64,000 nt of DNA, taken from positions 3,872,001-3,936,000 of the forward strand of contig OZ242214.1 in NCBI GenBank assembly GCA_965206595.1, read 5' to 3'. Under the pieces are notes generated by a model. It searched no databases, was not told where the DNA came from, and saw only the letters and a list, made by a program, of their open reading frames with translations. Below are positions 30,901 to 45,900 of the stretch, piece after piece (the first letter of the stretch is position 1; every line of letters starts with the position of its first letter). This DNA comes from Candidatus Latescibacterota bacterium. Lineage in GTDB: Bacteria; Latescibacterota; UBA2968; UBA8231. Position numbers and translations under genes: made by a program.

Positions 30901-33900
30901 CGGGACGCGGCCCGACGGGGTGACGCTGGGCAGCCAGAGCAGTGCGACGGTGACGCTGGCCGACGACGACGAACGCGGGGTGACGGTGACTCCGACCGCC
31001 CTGACGGTGGACGAGGGGGGCGACGAGACCTACACGGTGGTGCTGGACTCAGAGCCGACCGCGGACGTGGCGGTGACGGTGGCGGTTCCGCAGGACACGG
31101 ACGTGTCGGTGGACAAGACGAGCCTGACGTTCACCGCGGGCAACTGGAGTACGGCGCAGACGGTGACGGTCAGTGCGGCCGGGGACGACGACGCGGTGGT
31201 GGATGATGCGGTGACCCTGACGCACACCGTCAGCAGCACGGGCGACTACGCCAGCGAGACCGCCGCGGACGTGGCGGTGACGATCGCGGAGAACGACACG
31301 CCGACGTTGAGCATCGCGGATGAGAGCGTGGCCGAGGATGCCGGCAGCGCGACGTTCACGGTGACGCTGAGCGTGGCCAGCAGCAATGCAGTGACGGTGG
31401 ACTACGCCACCTCGAACGGAACGGGTCCTGAAGCGGCGACCGCGGGCGAGGACTACACGCTGACCAATGGCACGCTGACGTTCCCTGCGAACAGCACGGC
31501 GTCCCGGACGATCGCGGTTCCGATCACCGACGACGCGGTGGACGAGGCGGATGAAGAGACCTTCACCGTGACGCTGAGCAGCGCATCCAATGCGACCCTG
31601 GCGGGCGGACAGCCGACGCTGGCGGCGACGGGGACCATCACCGATGACGACGCGCGCGGGGTGACCGTGACTCCGACCGCCGTGACGGTGGACGAAGGAG
31701 GCGACGAGACCTACACGGTGGTGCTGGACTCAGAGCCGACCGCAGACGTGGCGGTGACGGTGACGGTTCCGCAGGGCACGGACGTATCGGTAGACAAGAC
31801 CTCGCTGACCTTCACGGCGGACAACTGGGACGATGAGCAGACGGTGACGGTCAGTGCGGCCGGGGACGACGACGCTGTGGTGGACGCTACAGTCACGCTG
31901 ACCCATTCGGTGAGCAGCACGGGCGACTACAACGGCGAGACCGCCGCGGACGTGGCGGTGACGATCGCGGAGAACGACACGCCGACGTTGAGCATCGCGG
32001 ATGAGAGCGTGGCCGAGGATGCCGGCAGCGCGACGTTCACGGTGACGCTGAGCGTGGCCAGCAGCAACGAGGTGATGGTCGAATACCGCACCTCGGATGG
32101 CACGGCGGCCGCGGGTTCGGACTATACGGAAACGACGGGGACGCTGACGTTCGAGGCCGGGACCACGACGGCGCAGGAGATTCGCGTGCCGATCACCGAC
32201 GACGCGGTCGATGAGGAAGAGGAAGAGACCTTCACCGTGACGCTGCACAGCGCCGCGAGTGCGGATCTGGCCGGCGGCGGGACGACGCTGGCGGCGACCG
32301 GGACGATTGTCGATAACGACGACCCGGCGGTGACGGTGGCGTTTGCGACGGGGACCTACACCGCGACCGAGGGCGGTGCCGCGGCGACGGTGCAGGTGCA
32401 GCTGAGCGGGGACCCGGAGCGGACGGTGGATATTCCATTGACGCATACGCCGGGCACTGGTGCGACAGCGGCGGACTACTCGGGCGTGCCGGCGAGCGTG
32501 ACCTTCGCCAGCGGCGAGACCGAAAAGACCTTCGCGGTGACGGCGACCGACGACGACGTGGATGAGGACGAGGAGACCGTGACGCTGGGCTTCGGGACGC
32601 GGCCCGACGGGGTGACGCTGGGCAGCCAGAGCAGTGCGACGGTGACGCTGGCCGACGACGACGCGCGCGGAGTGACGGTGACTCCGACCGCCCTGACGGT
32701 GGACGAGGGGGGCGACCAGACCTACACGGTGGTGCTGGACTCAGAGCCGACCGCGGACGTGGCGGTGACGGTGGCGGTTCCGCAGGACACGGACGTGTCG
32801 GTGGACAAGACCTCGCTGGCCTTCACGGCCGACAACTGGAACACGGCGCAGACGGTGACGGTCACCGCGGCCGGGGACGAGGATGCGGTGGTGGACGGTA
32901 CGGTCACGCTGACGCACACCGTCAGCAGCACGGGCGACTACGCCAGCGAGACCGCCGCGGACGTGGCGGTGACGATCGCGGAGAACGACACGCCGACGTT
33001 GAGCATCGCGGATGAGAGCGTGGCCGAGGATGCCGGCAGCGCGACGTTCACGGTGACGCTGAGCGTGGCCAGCAGCAATGCAGTGACGGTGGACTACGCC
33101 ACCTCGAACGGGACGAGTCCTGAAGCGGCGACCGCAGGCGAGGACTACACGCTGACCAATGGCACGCTGACGTTCGAGGCCGGGACCACGACGGCGCAGG
33201 AGATCCGCGTGGCGATCACCGACGACGCGGTCGACGAGGCGGATGAAGAGACCTTCACCGTGACGCTGAGCAACGCATCCAATGCGACCCTGGCGGGCGG
33301 ACAGCCGACGCTGGCGGCGACCGGGACGATCACCGACGACGACGAGCGCGGGGTGACCGTGACTCCGACCGCCCTGACGGTGGACGAAGGAGGCGACGAG
33401 ACCTACACGGTGGTGCTGGACTCAGAGCCGACCGCGGACGTGGCGGTGACGGTGACCACCGACCTCGCGGGCACGGACGTGTCGGTGGACGAGACGAGTC
33501 TGACCTTCACCGCCGACAACTGGAACGATGAGCAGACGGTGACGGTCCGCGCCACCGAGGACGACGACGCTGTGGTGGACGCGACAGTAACGCTGACCCA
33601 TTCGGTGAGCAGCACGGGCGACTACGCCAGCGAGACCGCCGCGGACGTGGCGGTGACGATCGCGGAGACCGACACGCCGACGCTGTCGATGTCCGGCGTG
33701 CGTGCGGATGAGGACGTCGGCGAGATGGTGTTCGAGGTGACGCTAAGCCTGGCCAGCAGCAACGAGGTGACAGTGGCCTATGCCACCTCGAACGGAACGG
33801 GCGCTGGAGCGGCGACCGCGGGCGAGGACTACACGCTGACCAATGGCACGCTGACGTTCCCTGCGAACAGCACGGCGTCCCGGACGATCGCGGTTCCGAT

Positions 33901-36900
33901 CACCGACGACGCGGTGGACGAGGCGGATGAAGAGACCTTCACCGTGACGCTGAGCAACGCATCCAATGCGACCCTGGCGGGCGGACAGCCGACGCTGGCG
34001 GCGACGGGGACCATCACCGATGACGACGCGCGCGGGGTGACCGTGACTCCGACCGCCGTGACGGTGGACGAAGGAGGCGACGAGACCTACACGGTGGTGC
34101 TGGACTCAGAGCCGACCGCGGACGTGGCGGTGACGGTGACGGTTCCGCAGGGCACGGACGTGTCGGTGGACAAGACGAGTCTGACCTTCACCGCGGGCAA
34201 CTGGGACGATGAGCAGACGGTGACGGTCAGTGCGGCCGGGGACGAGGATGCGGTGGTGGATGATGCGGTCACGCTGACGCACACCGTCAGCAGCACGGGC
34301 GACTACGCCAGCGAGACCGCCGCGGACGTGGCGGTGACGATCGTCGAGACCGACACGCCGACGTTGAGCATCGCGGATGAGAGCGTGGCCGAGGATGCCG
34401 GAACTGTGACGTTCACGGTGACGCTGAGCGTGGCCAGCAGCAATGCAGTGACGGTGGACTACGCCACCTCGAACGGAACGGGCGCTGGAGCGGCGACCGC
34501 GGGCGAGGACTACACGCTGACCAATGGCACGCTGACGTTCCCTGCGAACAGCACGGCGTCCCGGACGATCGCGGTTCCGATCACCGACGACGCGGTGGAC
34601 GAGGCGGATGAAGAGACCTTCACGGTGACGCTGAGCAACGCATCCAATGCGACGCTGACGGGCGGACAGCCGACGCTGACGGCGACGGGGACCATCACCG
34701 ACGACGACGGGACGCCGACAGTAACGCTGTCGCTGTCGGAGGGTTCCATCGGTGAGGATGGCGAGACGAGCCGGGTGACGGCAACCTTGAGCGGCGTGTC
34801 GAGCGAGGCGACGACGGTGACGGTGAGCGCGATGGCAGTGTCCCCGGCGGCTGCCGGCGACTTCACGCTGAGCACGAACAAGGTGCTGACGATTACGGAG
34901 GGACAGACTGCGAGCACCGGGGACGTGACGATCACGGCGGTGAACAACGACGTGGACGCAGCCAACAAGACCGTGACGGTGTCGGGCGATGCAAGCAATA
35001 TCCTGGGCGCGACGGACCCCGCCGATCTGACGCTGACGATCACCGACGACGATGCGCGCGGGGTGACCGTTACACCGACGGCGTTGTCAGTTGGTGAAGG
35101 CGATAGTGAAGAATTTACAGTCGTGCTGACCTCACAGCCGACCGCGGACGTGACCGTGGCGATGACCACGGACCTGGCGGGCACGGACGTGTCGGTGGAC
35201 GAGACGAGTCTGACCTTCACCGCCGACAACTGGGACGATGAGCAGACGGTGACGGTCCGCGCCGCCGGGGACGACGACGCGGTGGTGGATGAGACAGTAA
35301 CGCTGACCCATTCGGTGAGCAGCACGGGCGACTACGCCAGCGAAACCGCCGCGGACGTGGCGGTGACGATCACGGAGACCGACACGCCCACGCTGTCGAT
35401 TGCCAACCGGAGCGTAACCGAGTCTGCCGGGACGATGGTGTTCACCGTGACGCTGAGCGTGGCCAGCAGCAACCAGGTGACAGTGGCCTATGCCACCTCG
35501 AACGGAACGGGCGCTGGAGCGGCGACCGCGGACGAGGACTACACGCTGACCAATGGCACGCTGACGTTCCCTGCCAACAGCACGGCGTCCCGGACGATCG
35601 CGGTTCCGATCACCGACGACGCGGTGGACGAGGCGGATGAAGAGACCTTCACCGTGACGCTGAGCAACGCATCCAATGCGACCCTGGCGGGCGGACAGCC
35701 GACGCTGGCGGCGACCGGGACGATCACCGACGACGACGCGCGCGGAGTGACCGTGACTCCGACCGCCCTGACGGTGGACGAAGGAGGCGACGAGACCTAC
35801 ACGGTGGTGCTGGACTCAGAGCCGACCGCGGACGTGGCGGTGACGGTGACCACCGACCTCGCGGGCACGGACGTGTCGGTGGACGAGACGAGTCTGACCT
35901 TCACCGCCGACAACTGGGACGATGAGCAGACGGTGACGGTCAGTGCGGCCGGGGACGAGGATGCGGTGGTGGATGATGCGGTGACCCTGACCCATTCGGT
36001 GAGCAGCACGGGCGACTACAACGGCGAGACCGCCGCGGACGTGGCGGTGACGATCGCGGAGAACGACACGCCGACGTTGAGCATCGCGGATGAGAGCGTG
36101 GCCGAGGATGCCGGCAGCGCGACGTTCACGGTGACGCTGAGCGTGGCCAGCAGCAATGCAGTGACGGTGGACTACGCCACCTCGAACGGGACGAGTCCTG
36201 AAGCGGCGACCGCAGGCGAGGACTACACGCTGACCAATGGCACGCTGACGTTCGAGGCCGGGACCACGACGGCGCAGGAGATCCGCGTGGCGATCACCGA
36301 CGACGCGGTCGACGAGGCGGATGAAGAGACCTTCACCGTGACGCTGAGCAACGCATCCAATGCGACCCTGGCGGGCGGACAGCCGACGCTGGCGGCGACC
36401 GGGACGATCACCGACGACGACGAGCGCGGGGTGACCGTGACTCCGACCGCCCTGACGGTGGACGAAGGAGGCGACGAGACCTACACGGTGGTGCTGGACT
36501 CAGAGCCGACCGCGGACGTGGCGGTGACGGTGACCACCGACCTCGCGGGCACGGACGTGTCGGTGGACGAGACGAGTCTGACCTTCACCGCCGACAACTG
36601 GAACAATGAGCAGACGGTGACGGTCCGCGCCACCGAGGACGACGACGCTGTGGTGGACGCGACAGTCACGCTGACCCATTCGGTGAGCAGCACGGGCGAC
36701 TACGCCAGCGAGACCGCCGCGGACGTGGCGGTGACGATCGCGGAGAACGACACGCCGACGTTGAGCATCGCGGATGAGAGCGTGGCCGAGGATGCCGGCA
36801 GCGCGACGTTCACGGTGACGCTGAGCGTGGCCAGCAGCAATGCAGTGACGGTGGACTACGCCACCTCGAACGGGACGAGTCCTGAAGCGGCGACCGCAGG

Positions 36901-39900
36901 CGAGGACTACACGCTGACCAATGGCACGCTGACGTTTCCTGCCAACAGCACGACACCGAAAACGATCGCGGTTCCGATCACCGACGACGCGGTCGATGAG
37001 GAAGAGGAAGAGACCTTCACGGTGACGCTGAGCAGCGCATCCAATGCGACCCTGGCGGGTGGACAGTCGACGCTGGCGGCGACCGGGACGATCACCGACG
37101 ACGACGAGCGCGGGGTGACCGTGACTCCGACCGCCGTGACGGTGGACGAAGGAGGCGACGAGACCTACACGGTGGTGCTGGACTCAGAGCCGACCGCGGA
37201 CGTGGCGGTGACGGTGACCACCGACCTCGCGGGCACGGACGTGTCGGTGGACGAGACGAGTCTGACCTTCACCGCCGACAACTGGAACAATGAGCAGACG
37301 GTGACGGTCCGCGCCACCGAGGACGACGACGCTGTGGTGGACGCGACAGTCACGCTGACCCATTCGGTGAGCAGCACGGGCGACTACAACGGCGAGACCG
37401 CCGCGGACGTGGCGGTGACGATCGCGGAGACCGACACGCCCACGCTGTCGATTGCCAACCGGAGCGTAACCGAGTCTGCCGGGACGATGGTGTTCACCGT
37501 GACGCTGAGCGTGGCCAGCAGCCAGACCGTGACAGTGGCCTATGCCACCTCGAACGGCACGGGCGCTGGAGCGGCAACCGCTGGCGAGGATTACACGGAA
37601 GCCAATGGCACGCTGACGTTCCCTGCGAACAGCACGGCGTCCCGGACGATCGCGGTTCCGATCACCGACGACGCGGTGGACGAGGCGGATGAAGAGACCT
37701 TCACCGTGACGCTGAGCAACGCATCCAATGCGACCCTGGCGGGTGGACAGTCGACGCTGACGGCGACGGGGACCATCACCGACGACGACGAGCGCGGGGT
37801 GACGGTGACTCCGACCGCCCTGACGGTGGACGAAGGAGGCGACGAGACCTACACGGTGGCGCTGGACTCGGAGCCGACGGCGAGTGTGACGGTGACGGTG
37901 ACCACGGACCTCGCGGACACGGATCTGTCATTGGACAAGACCTCGCTGACCTTCACCGCGGACAACTGGAGTACGGCGCAGACGGTGACGGTCACCGCGG
38001 CCGGGGACGAGGATGCGGTGGTGGACGCGACAGTCACGCTGACCCATTCGGTGAGCAGCACGGGCGACTACAACGGCGAGACCGCCGCGGACGTGGCGGT
38101 GACGATCGTCGAGACCGACACGCCGACCCTGAGCATCGCGGATGAGAGCGTGGCCGAGGATGCCGGCAGCGCGACGTTCACGGTGACGCTGAGCGTGGCC
38201 AGCAGCAATGCAGTGACGGTGGACTACGCCACCTCGAACGGGACGAGTCCTGAAGCGGCGACCGCAGGCGAGGACTACACGGAGGCCAACGGCACGCTGA
38301 CGTTTCCTGCCAACAGCACGACACCGAAAACGATCGCGGTTCCGATCACCGACGACGCGGTCGATGAGGCGGACGAGACCTTCACCGTGACGCTGAGCAG
38401 CGCATCCAATGCGACCCTGGCCGGGGCCCAGGCGACGCTGGCGGCAACCGGGACGATCACCGATGACGACGCGCGCGGAGTGACCGTGAGTCCGACCGCC
38501 CTGACGGTGGACGAAGGGGGCGACGAGACCTACACGGTGGCGCTGGACTCGGAGCCGACCGCGGACGTGACGGTGACGGTGACGGTTCCGACAGGGACAG
38601 ATGTATCCGTAGATAAAACGAGTCTGACATTCACATCGAGCACCTGGAACACAGCGCAGACGGTGACGGTCAGCGCGGTTGAGGACGCCGACGCGGCCAC
38701 GGATGCGGCCGTGACGATCACCCACACAGTCGGCAGCACGGGCGACTACAACGGCGAGACCGCCGCGGACGTGGCGGTGACGATCGCGGAGACCGGCACC
38801 CCGGCGCCCGCGTTGACGCTGGCGTTCGAAGCGGCGGCCCACAATGACGTGGATGCGTCGGGCGACGTGACGCTGAGCGATGTGCTGACCTACACGGCCA
38901 CGGCGACCAACAGCGGCAACGTGCCGCTGGCGGAGGTGACGGTCAGCGACCTGCTGGTGAACGCCGGCGGAGTGGAATGCGCCTCGCTGGACCTGGGCGG
39001 GGAATGCGAGCTGACCGGCGAGTACACGGTGACGCAGGCGGACGTGGACGCCGGCGAGGTGACCAACACGGCGGCCGCGGTTGCCAGTGGGGTGAGCGAA
39101 CAGACGGCGAGCCGGACGACCGAAGTGGCGCAGGAGAAGGCGTTGACGCTGGCGAAGACGGCGACGACGGGGAGTTTTGGCAGCGTCGGGGACCGGATCG
39201 CCTACAGCTACGAGGCGACCAACAGCGGCACCGTGACCTTGACGGGCGCATTGACGATCGCGGACGACAGGATTCCTGCTTCGGGGATCACCTGCCCCGC
39301 GGTTCCCGCGGCCGGTCTCGGTCCCGGGGCGAGCGTGACCTGCGCCGGTTCCTACACCGTGGTGCAGGCGGACGTGGATGCGTCGCAGGTGACGAACAAG
39401 GCCACGGCGATGCTCGACGGGATGCAATCGAACGAAGCGACGGCCACGGTGCAGCGGCCGCAGGTCGCAGGGGAGGCGCCGACGGTATCGGTGGGGGGGA
39501 TCTCCAGCCCGGAGGATGCGGGCCATCTGGATTTCGCGGTGACGCTGGACAAGGCGAGCGCGCAGACGGCGACGGTGGTGTTCGGGACGACGGATGGGAC
39601 CGCGGTAGCGGGCATCGACTATGCGGATACGACCGGTACGCTGACCTTCGCGCCCGGCACGACGTCGCGGACGGTTACGGTGCGGATCGAAGACGATGAC
39701 GTGGATGAAGAGAATGAGACGTTCACGCTGGTGCTGAGCGATGCGGTGAACGCGAACCTGCCGGCGTTGTCGGGGACGGGGTTGGGTACGATACGGGACG
39801 ACGACACCCGCGGGGTGACGGTCGCGCCGGAGGCGCTGTCGGTGACGGAGAACGGCAGTGCGACCTATACGGTGGCGCTGGACTCGGAGCCGACCGATGA

Positions 39901-42900
39901 GGTGACGGTGACCGTTTCGGTTCCGGCGAACTCGGAGTTGTCCGTCGATAAGCCATCCCTGACGTTCACCACCGGGAATTGGAACACGGCGCAGACGATG
40001 ACCGTGAGCGCGGACGACGATGACGATGCGGTGGCAGACGACGTGGTGACGATCGGCCATTCGGCGAGCGGGGGAGACTACAACGGGCAGACGGCCGAGG
40101 TCGAGGTGACCATCGTGGAGGACGATACCCCGACCCTGTCGATTGCCGACCGGAGGGCCGCGGAGTCCGACGGCACGATCGGGTTCTCGGTAACCCTGAG
40201 TATCGAGAGCAGCGAGCAGGTGACGGTCGACTACGTCACGTCGAACGGGACCGGCGCCGGGGCGGCGACCGCGGGTGAGGATTACACGGCCAGAAGTGCG
40301 ACCCTGCACTTCCCGGCCAACAGCACGACGCCGCAGACCATCAGTATCCCGATTACGGACGACTCCGTGGACGAGGAGGAGGAGACCTTCACGGTGACGC
40401 TGAGCAACGCGTCCAACGCGGCGCTAGCGGGTGGACAGGAGACGCTCGAGGCGACCGGGACGATTGCGGACGACGACGAGCGCGGGGTGACGGTCGCGCC
40501 GGAGGCACTGTCGGTGACGGAGAATAGCAGTGCGACCTATACGGTGGCGCTGGACTCGGAGCCTACCGCGGAGGTGACGGTTGGTGTGGCGGTTCCGCCG
40601 AACTCGGAGCTGTCCGTGGACAAGACGACGCTGAGGTTCACGGCGGATAACTGGAACACGGCGCAGCAGATTGAGGTGAGCGCGGCCGACGATGACGACG
40701 CGGTGGCCGATGCGGCGGCGACGGTCGGCCATTCGGCCAGCGGGGGGGACTACAACGGGCAGACGGCCGAGGTCGAGGTGACCATCGTGGAGGACGATAC
40801 CCCGACCCTGTCGATTGCCGACCGGAGCGCCGCGGAGTCCGACGGCACGATGGCGTTCGCGGTGACGCTGAGCGTGGCCAGCAGCAATGAGGTGACGGTG
40901 GCCTATGCCACCTCGAACGGAACGGGCCCTGAAGCGGCGACCGCGGGGGAGGACTACACGGAAGCCAATGGCACGCTCGCCTTCCCGGCCAACAGCACGG
41001 CGCCGCAGACGATCAGCGTGTCGATAGCGAACGACGCGGTGGACGAGGCGGTCGAGACCTTTGCGGTGACGCTGAGCAATGTGCAGCAGGCGTCGCTGGC
41101 GGGCGGAGGCAGCACCCTTTCGGCGGCCGGCACGATCACCGACGACGACGAGCGCGGGGTGACGGTGTCGGAGACGCAGCTGGATCTCGCGGAAGGCGGC
41201 AGCGGCATCTACACGGTGGTGCTGACCTCGGAGCCGACCGCGGACGTGACGGTGGATGTGACGGTTCCGCAGGGCACGGACGTATCGGTGGACAAGACGA
41301 GTCTGACGTTCACCGCGGACAACTGGGCTACGGCGCAGACGGTGACGGTCCGCGCGGCCGGGGACGCCGACGCGGTGGTGGATGCGGCGGTGACGATTTC
41401 GCACACGGTGAGCAGCCCCGGCGACTACGCCGGCGAGACCGCCTCGAACGTGGAAGTGAGGATCGCGGAGTCCGACACGCCGACGCTGAGCCTCGCGGAT
41501 GAGAGCGTGGCCGAGGATGCCGGGACTGTGACGTTCACCGTGACGCTGAGCGTGGCCAGCAGCAATGAGGTGACGGTGGCCTATGCCACCTCGAACGGAA
41601 CGGGCCCTGGAGCGGCAACCGCGGGCGAGGACTACACGGAGGCCAATGGCGCGCTGACGTTCCCTGCGAACAGCGCGGCGGCGCAGACGATCCGCGTGCC
41701 GATAACGGATGACGATCTGGACGAGGCGGACGAGGAGACCTTCACACTGACGCTGCACAGCGCTGCGCATGCGGATCTGGCCGGCGGCGGGACGACGCTT
41801 GCGGCGGCCGGCACGATCACCGACGACGACGATCCGCCGGCCGCCGGCATTGCGGACGCCGGTGCGTCGGAGGGCGACGGCGGGATCACCTTCACGGTGA
41901 GTCTGGAAACGGCCAGCGCCCGGGTGGTGACGGTGGACTGGGCCACGGCCGCGGACGCCGCCGCAGTCAACCCGGCCACCGCGGATGCGGACTACACCGC
42001 GGCGAACGGCACGCTGACGTTCCCCGCGCAGAGCACGGAGCGGACGATCCGCGTGCTGGTGGTGGACGACGACGCGGTCGAAGAGTCGGAGACCTTCAAG
42101 GTGGAGCTGAGCAACGCCCGGTACGCGACTCTGCAGGCGAGCGCCGCCGCCGCGGTGGGGACGATCGCCGACGACGACGTGGCGCCCCCGCCTGGGGAGG
42201 ATCCGCCCACCCCTGGGGAAGAGCCACCCACCCCTGGGGAAGAGCCGCCCACCCCTGGGGAGGACCCGCCCCCGCCGAAGGAGGACCCGCCCACGCCGGA
42301 GGATCCGCCCGTCACCAGGAATCCGGAGGTGATCGTCTTCTTCGGGGCCGCGGACTACGAGGCCGCGGAAGGCGGCAGCGCCGCGGTGACCGTGCGCCTG
42401 AGCGCCGACCCCGAACGCCGGGTGACGATTCCGCTGACCAGGACCCACGTGGAGGGTGCCGGGGCCGCCGACTATTCGGGAGTGCCGGCCAATGTCGCCT
42501 TTGCCGCCGGCGAGACCTCGCAGGAGTTCGCCGTGACCGCCGTGGACGACGCCGTGGACGACGACGGCGAGGCCGTCGTTCTCGGCTTCGGAGCCTTGCC
42601 GTCCGGGGTCGCAGCGGGGGAGCCGGCCACCGCCGCGGTGGCCTTGGCCGACGACGACGTGCGCGGCGTGACCGTGCGGCCGGAAGCCCTGAACGTGCCG
42701 GAGGGCGGCAGCGGCTCCTACACGGTGGTGCTGGACACGGAGCCGGCCGCTGAAGTGACCGTGTTGGTGGCGGCCCCGTCCGCTTCGGAGCTGTCCCTGG
42801 ACGAGACCTCGCTGACCTTCGCGCCGGCGATCTGGAGCAGGCCGCAGACCGTGACCGTGAGGGCGGCCGAGGACGCCGACGCGATGGCCGACGATCCGGT

Positions 42901-45900
42901 GACCTTGATCCACGCGGTCAGGGGCGGCGACTACGAGGGCGTGCCCGCGGCCCCTGTCGAGGTGACGATCATCGAGGACGACGCGCCGACCCTGGCCGTT
43001 GCCGGCGGGACCGCGGCCGAGGGGGAGGGAGCGATCGAGTTCGCCGTCACCCTGAGCCTGGCCAGCAGCAGCGCGGTGACGGTGGAGTACGCGACGTCGG
43101 ACGTCAGCGCCATGGCGGGGGCCGACTACCAGTGGACGGCCGGGATCCTGACCCTGCCGGCCGGAACGACGGAAGCGGCGATCCGCGTGCGGGTCGTCGA
43201 CGACGACATCGACGAGGCGGACGAGACCTTCAGGGTCCTGTTGAGCCATGCGGTGAACGCGGTCGTGGGGGACGGCGAGGCCGCCGGTGAGATCGCCGAC
43301 GACGACCTGCCGGTGGTGGAGATCGCCGCGGCCCGGGCCGCGGTGGAGGAAGGCAGTACCGCGGCCTTCACCCTGACCCGGGCCGGCGACCTGACCGGGC
43401 CGCTGACCGTGCCGGTGCGCGTCGCCGAGCGCGGCGTGTTCCTGTCGGACGGGATCCCGTCCGCGGCGACCTTTGCGGCGGGCGCGGCTACCGCGGCCCT
43501 CGAGGCGGCGACCACGGAGGACGCGGTCGACGAGGCCGACGGTGCCGTGACCGCGGCGATCCTCGGCGCCGCCTCGCACCGGGTGGGCGCCTCGGCCCGC
43601 GCCGTGGTGACGGTTGCCGACAACGACGTGCGCGGGGTCAGGGTTTCGACGACGGCCTTGACTCTGCCCGAGGGCGGGGCCGGCACCTACACGGTGACGC
43701 TGGAAACAGAGCCCACCGGCGAGGTGACGATCCGGATGAAGATGGTATCGGAGGACCTCACGGTGACTCCGCCGGTGCTGTCGTTCTCCCCGATGGCCTG
43801 GGATGCGCCGCAGACGGTGACGGTACGGGCCGCCGAGGACGCCGACGCGGTCCTGGACCCTGCGGTGACGTTGACCCACGCGGTCAGCGGCGGCGACTAC
43901 GGGGACGTGCCCGCGTCTCCCGTCGAGGTGAGGATCCTCGAGGACGACGCCCCGGTCCTGGCCGTGGCCGGCGGGGCCGCCGCGGAAGGGGACGGGGAGA
44001 TCGAGTTCGCCGTCACCCTGAGCCTGGCCAGCAGCAGCGAGGTGACCGTGGAGTACGCCACCGCGGAGGGCACGGCGAGGGCGGGCGAGGACTTCGAGCC
44101 GGCCACCGGGACCCTGACCTTCCCCGCCGGCGCCACCTCGGCGACGATTCGCGTGCCGGTCCTCGACGACGACGTCGACGAGGCGGACGAGACCTTCACG
44201 GTGCGGTTGAGCCATGCCGTGAACGCGGCCGTGGGCGACGGCGAGGCCGCCGGTGAGATCGCCGACGACGACCTTCCGGTGGTGGAGATCGCCGCGGAGC
44301 CGGCTGCGCTGAAAGAGGGTGGTACCGCGACCTTCACCCTGACCCGGGCCGGCGATCTGAGCGGGCCGCTGAGCGTGCCGGTGGGCGTGACGCAGGAGGG
44401 CGAGTACCTGTCGGGCACGGCGCCTTCTTCGGTGAGATTCGCGGCCGGGGCGGCGACCGCGGCGTTCGCCGTGGCCACCGAGAACGACGATCGCGACGAG
44501 GAGGACGGGGCGGTTGCCGCGGAGATCCTCGGCGCCGCCTCGCACCGGGCGGGCGCCTCGGCCCGCGCCGCGGTGCCGGTGGCCGACGACGACGTGCGCG
44601 GGGTGAGGCTGTCCGCGACCTCCCTGACCGTGGCCGAGGGTGGCCGCGCGACCTATACGGTGGTGCTGACCTCGGAGCCGGACGCGGCGGTGACCGTTGC
44701 GATGGCGGTGCCCTCGGGCACGGATCTGACCGTGGTTCCGTCGGAGTTGACCTTTGCCGCGGCGACCTGGGAGGCGCCTCGGACCGTGACCGTGCGCGCG
44801 GATCAGGATGCCGACGCCGTATCGGACGATCCGGCGGCGATCAGCCATGTGGTCGGCGGCGGCGACTACGAGGGTCTGTCCGCGGCCGGCGTCGAGGTGA
44901 CGATCGCCGAGGACGACGTCCCGGTCCTGGCCGTGGCCGGAGGGGCCGCCACGGAAGGGGACGGGGAGATCGAGTTCGCCGTCACCCTGAGCCTGGCCAG
45001 CAGCAGCGAGGTGACCGTGGAGTACGCCACCGCGGAGGGCACGGCTAGGGCGGGCGAGGACTTCGAGCCGGCCGCCGGGACCCTGACCTTCCCCGCCGGC
45101 GCCACGGCGGCGACGATTCGCGTGCCGGTCGTCGACGACGACGTCGACGAGGCGGCCGAGACCTTCACGGTGCGGTTGAGCCAGGCGGTGAACGCGGCCG
45201 TGGGCGACGGCGAGGCCGCCGGTGAGATCGCCGACGACGACCTGCCGGTGGTGGAGATCGCGGCGGAGCCGGCGGCGCTGAAAGAGGGCGGTACCGCGAC
45301 CTTCACCCTGACCCGGGCCGGCGACCTGGCGGTGCCGCTGAGCGTCCCGGTGCGCGTCGGCGAGCTCGGCGCCTTCCTGTCGGGTACGGCGCCTTCCCCG
45401 GTGGCCTTCGCGGCCGGGGCGGCGACCGCGGCGTTCGCCGTGGCCACCGAGGACGACGCGGTCGACGAGGCCGACGGGGCGGTGATCGCGGAGATCATCG
45501 GCGGGGACGGACACCGGGCCGGCGCGGCCGCCCGGGCCACGGTGGCGGTTGCCGACGACGACGTGCGCGGGGTGCGGATCCTGGAGACCGCCTTGACGAT
45601 CCGGGAGGGCGGCAGCGGCCTTTGTCCGGTGGTCCTCACCTCGGAGCCGACCGCTCCGGTGACGTTCTCCGCGGTCATGCCCGCGGGCGCGGAGATCACC
45701 ATGGCCCCGCCGGCGCTGAGGTTCACCCCGGCCAACTGGAGCCAGGTGCAGGTGGTGACGGTGCGCGCCCTCCACGATGCCGACGCGGTGGCCGACGATC
45801 CGCTGGTCCTGGCGCATACGGTGAAAGGCGGCGACTACGAGGGCCTGGCCGCTCCGGTGGTCACGGTGACGATCACTGAGGACGACGTACCGGGCGTGAC

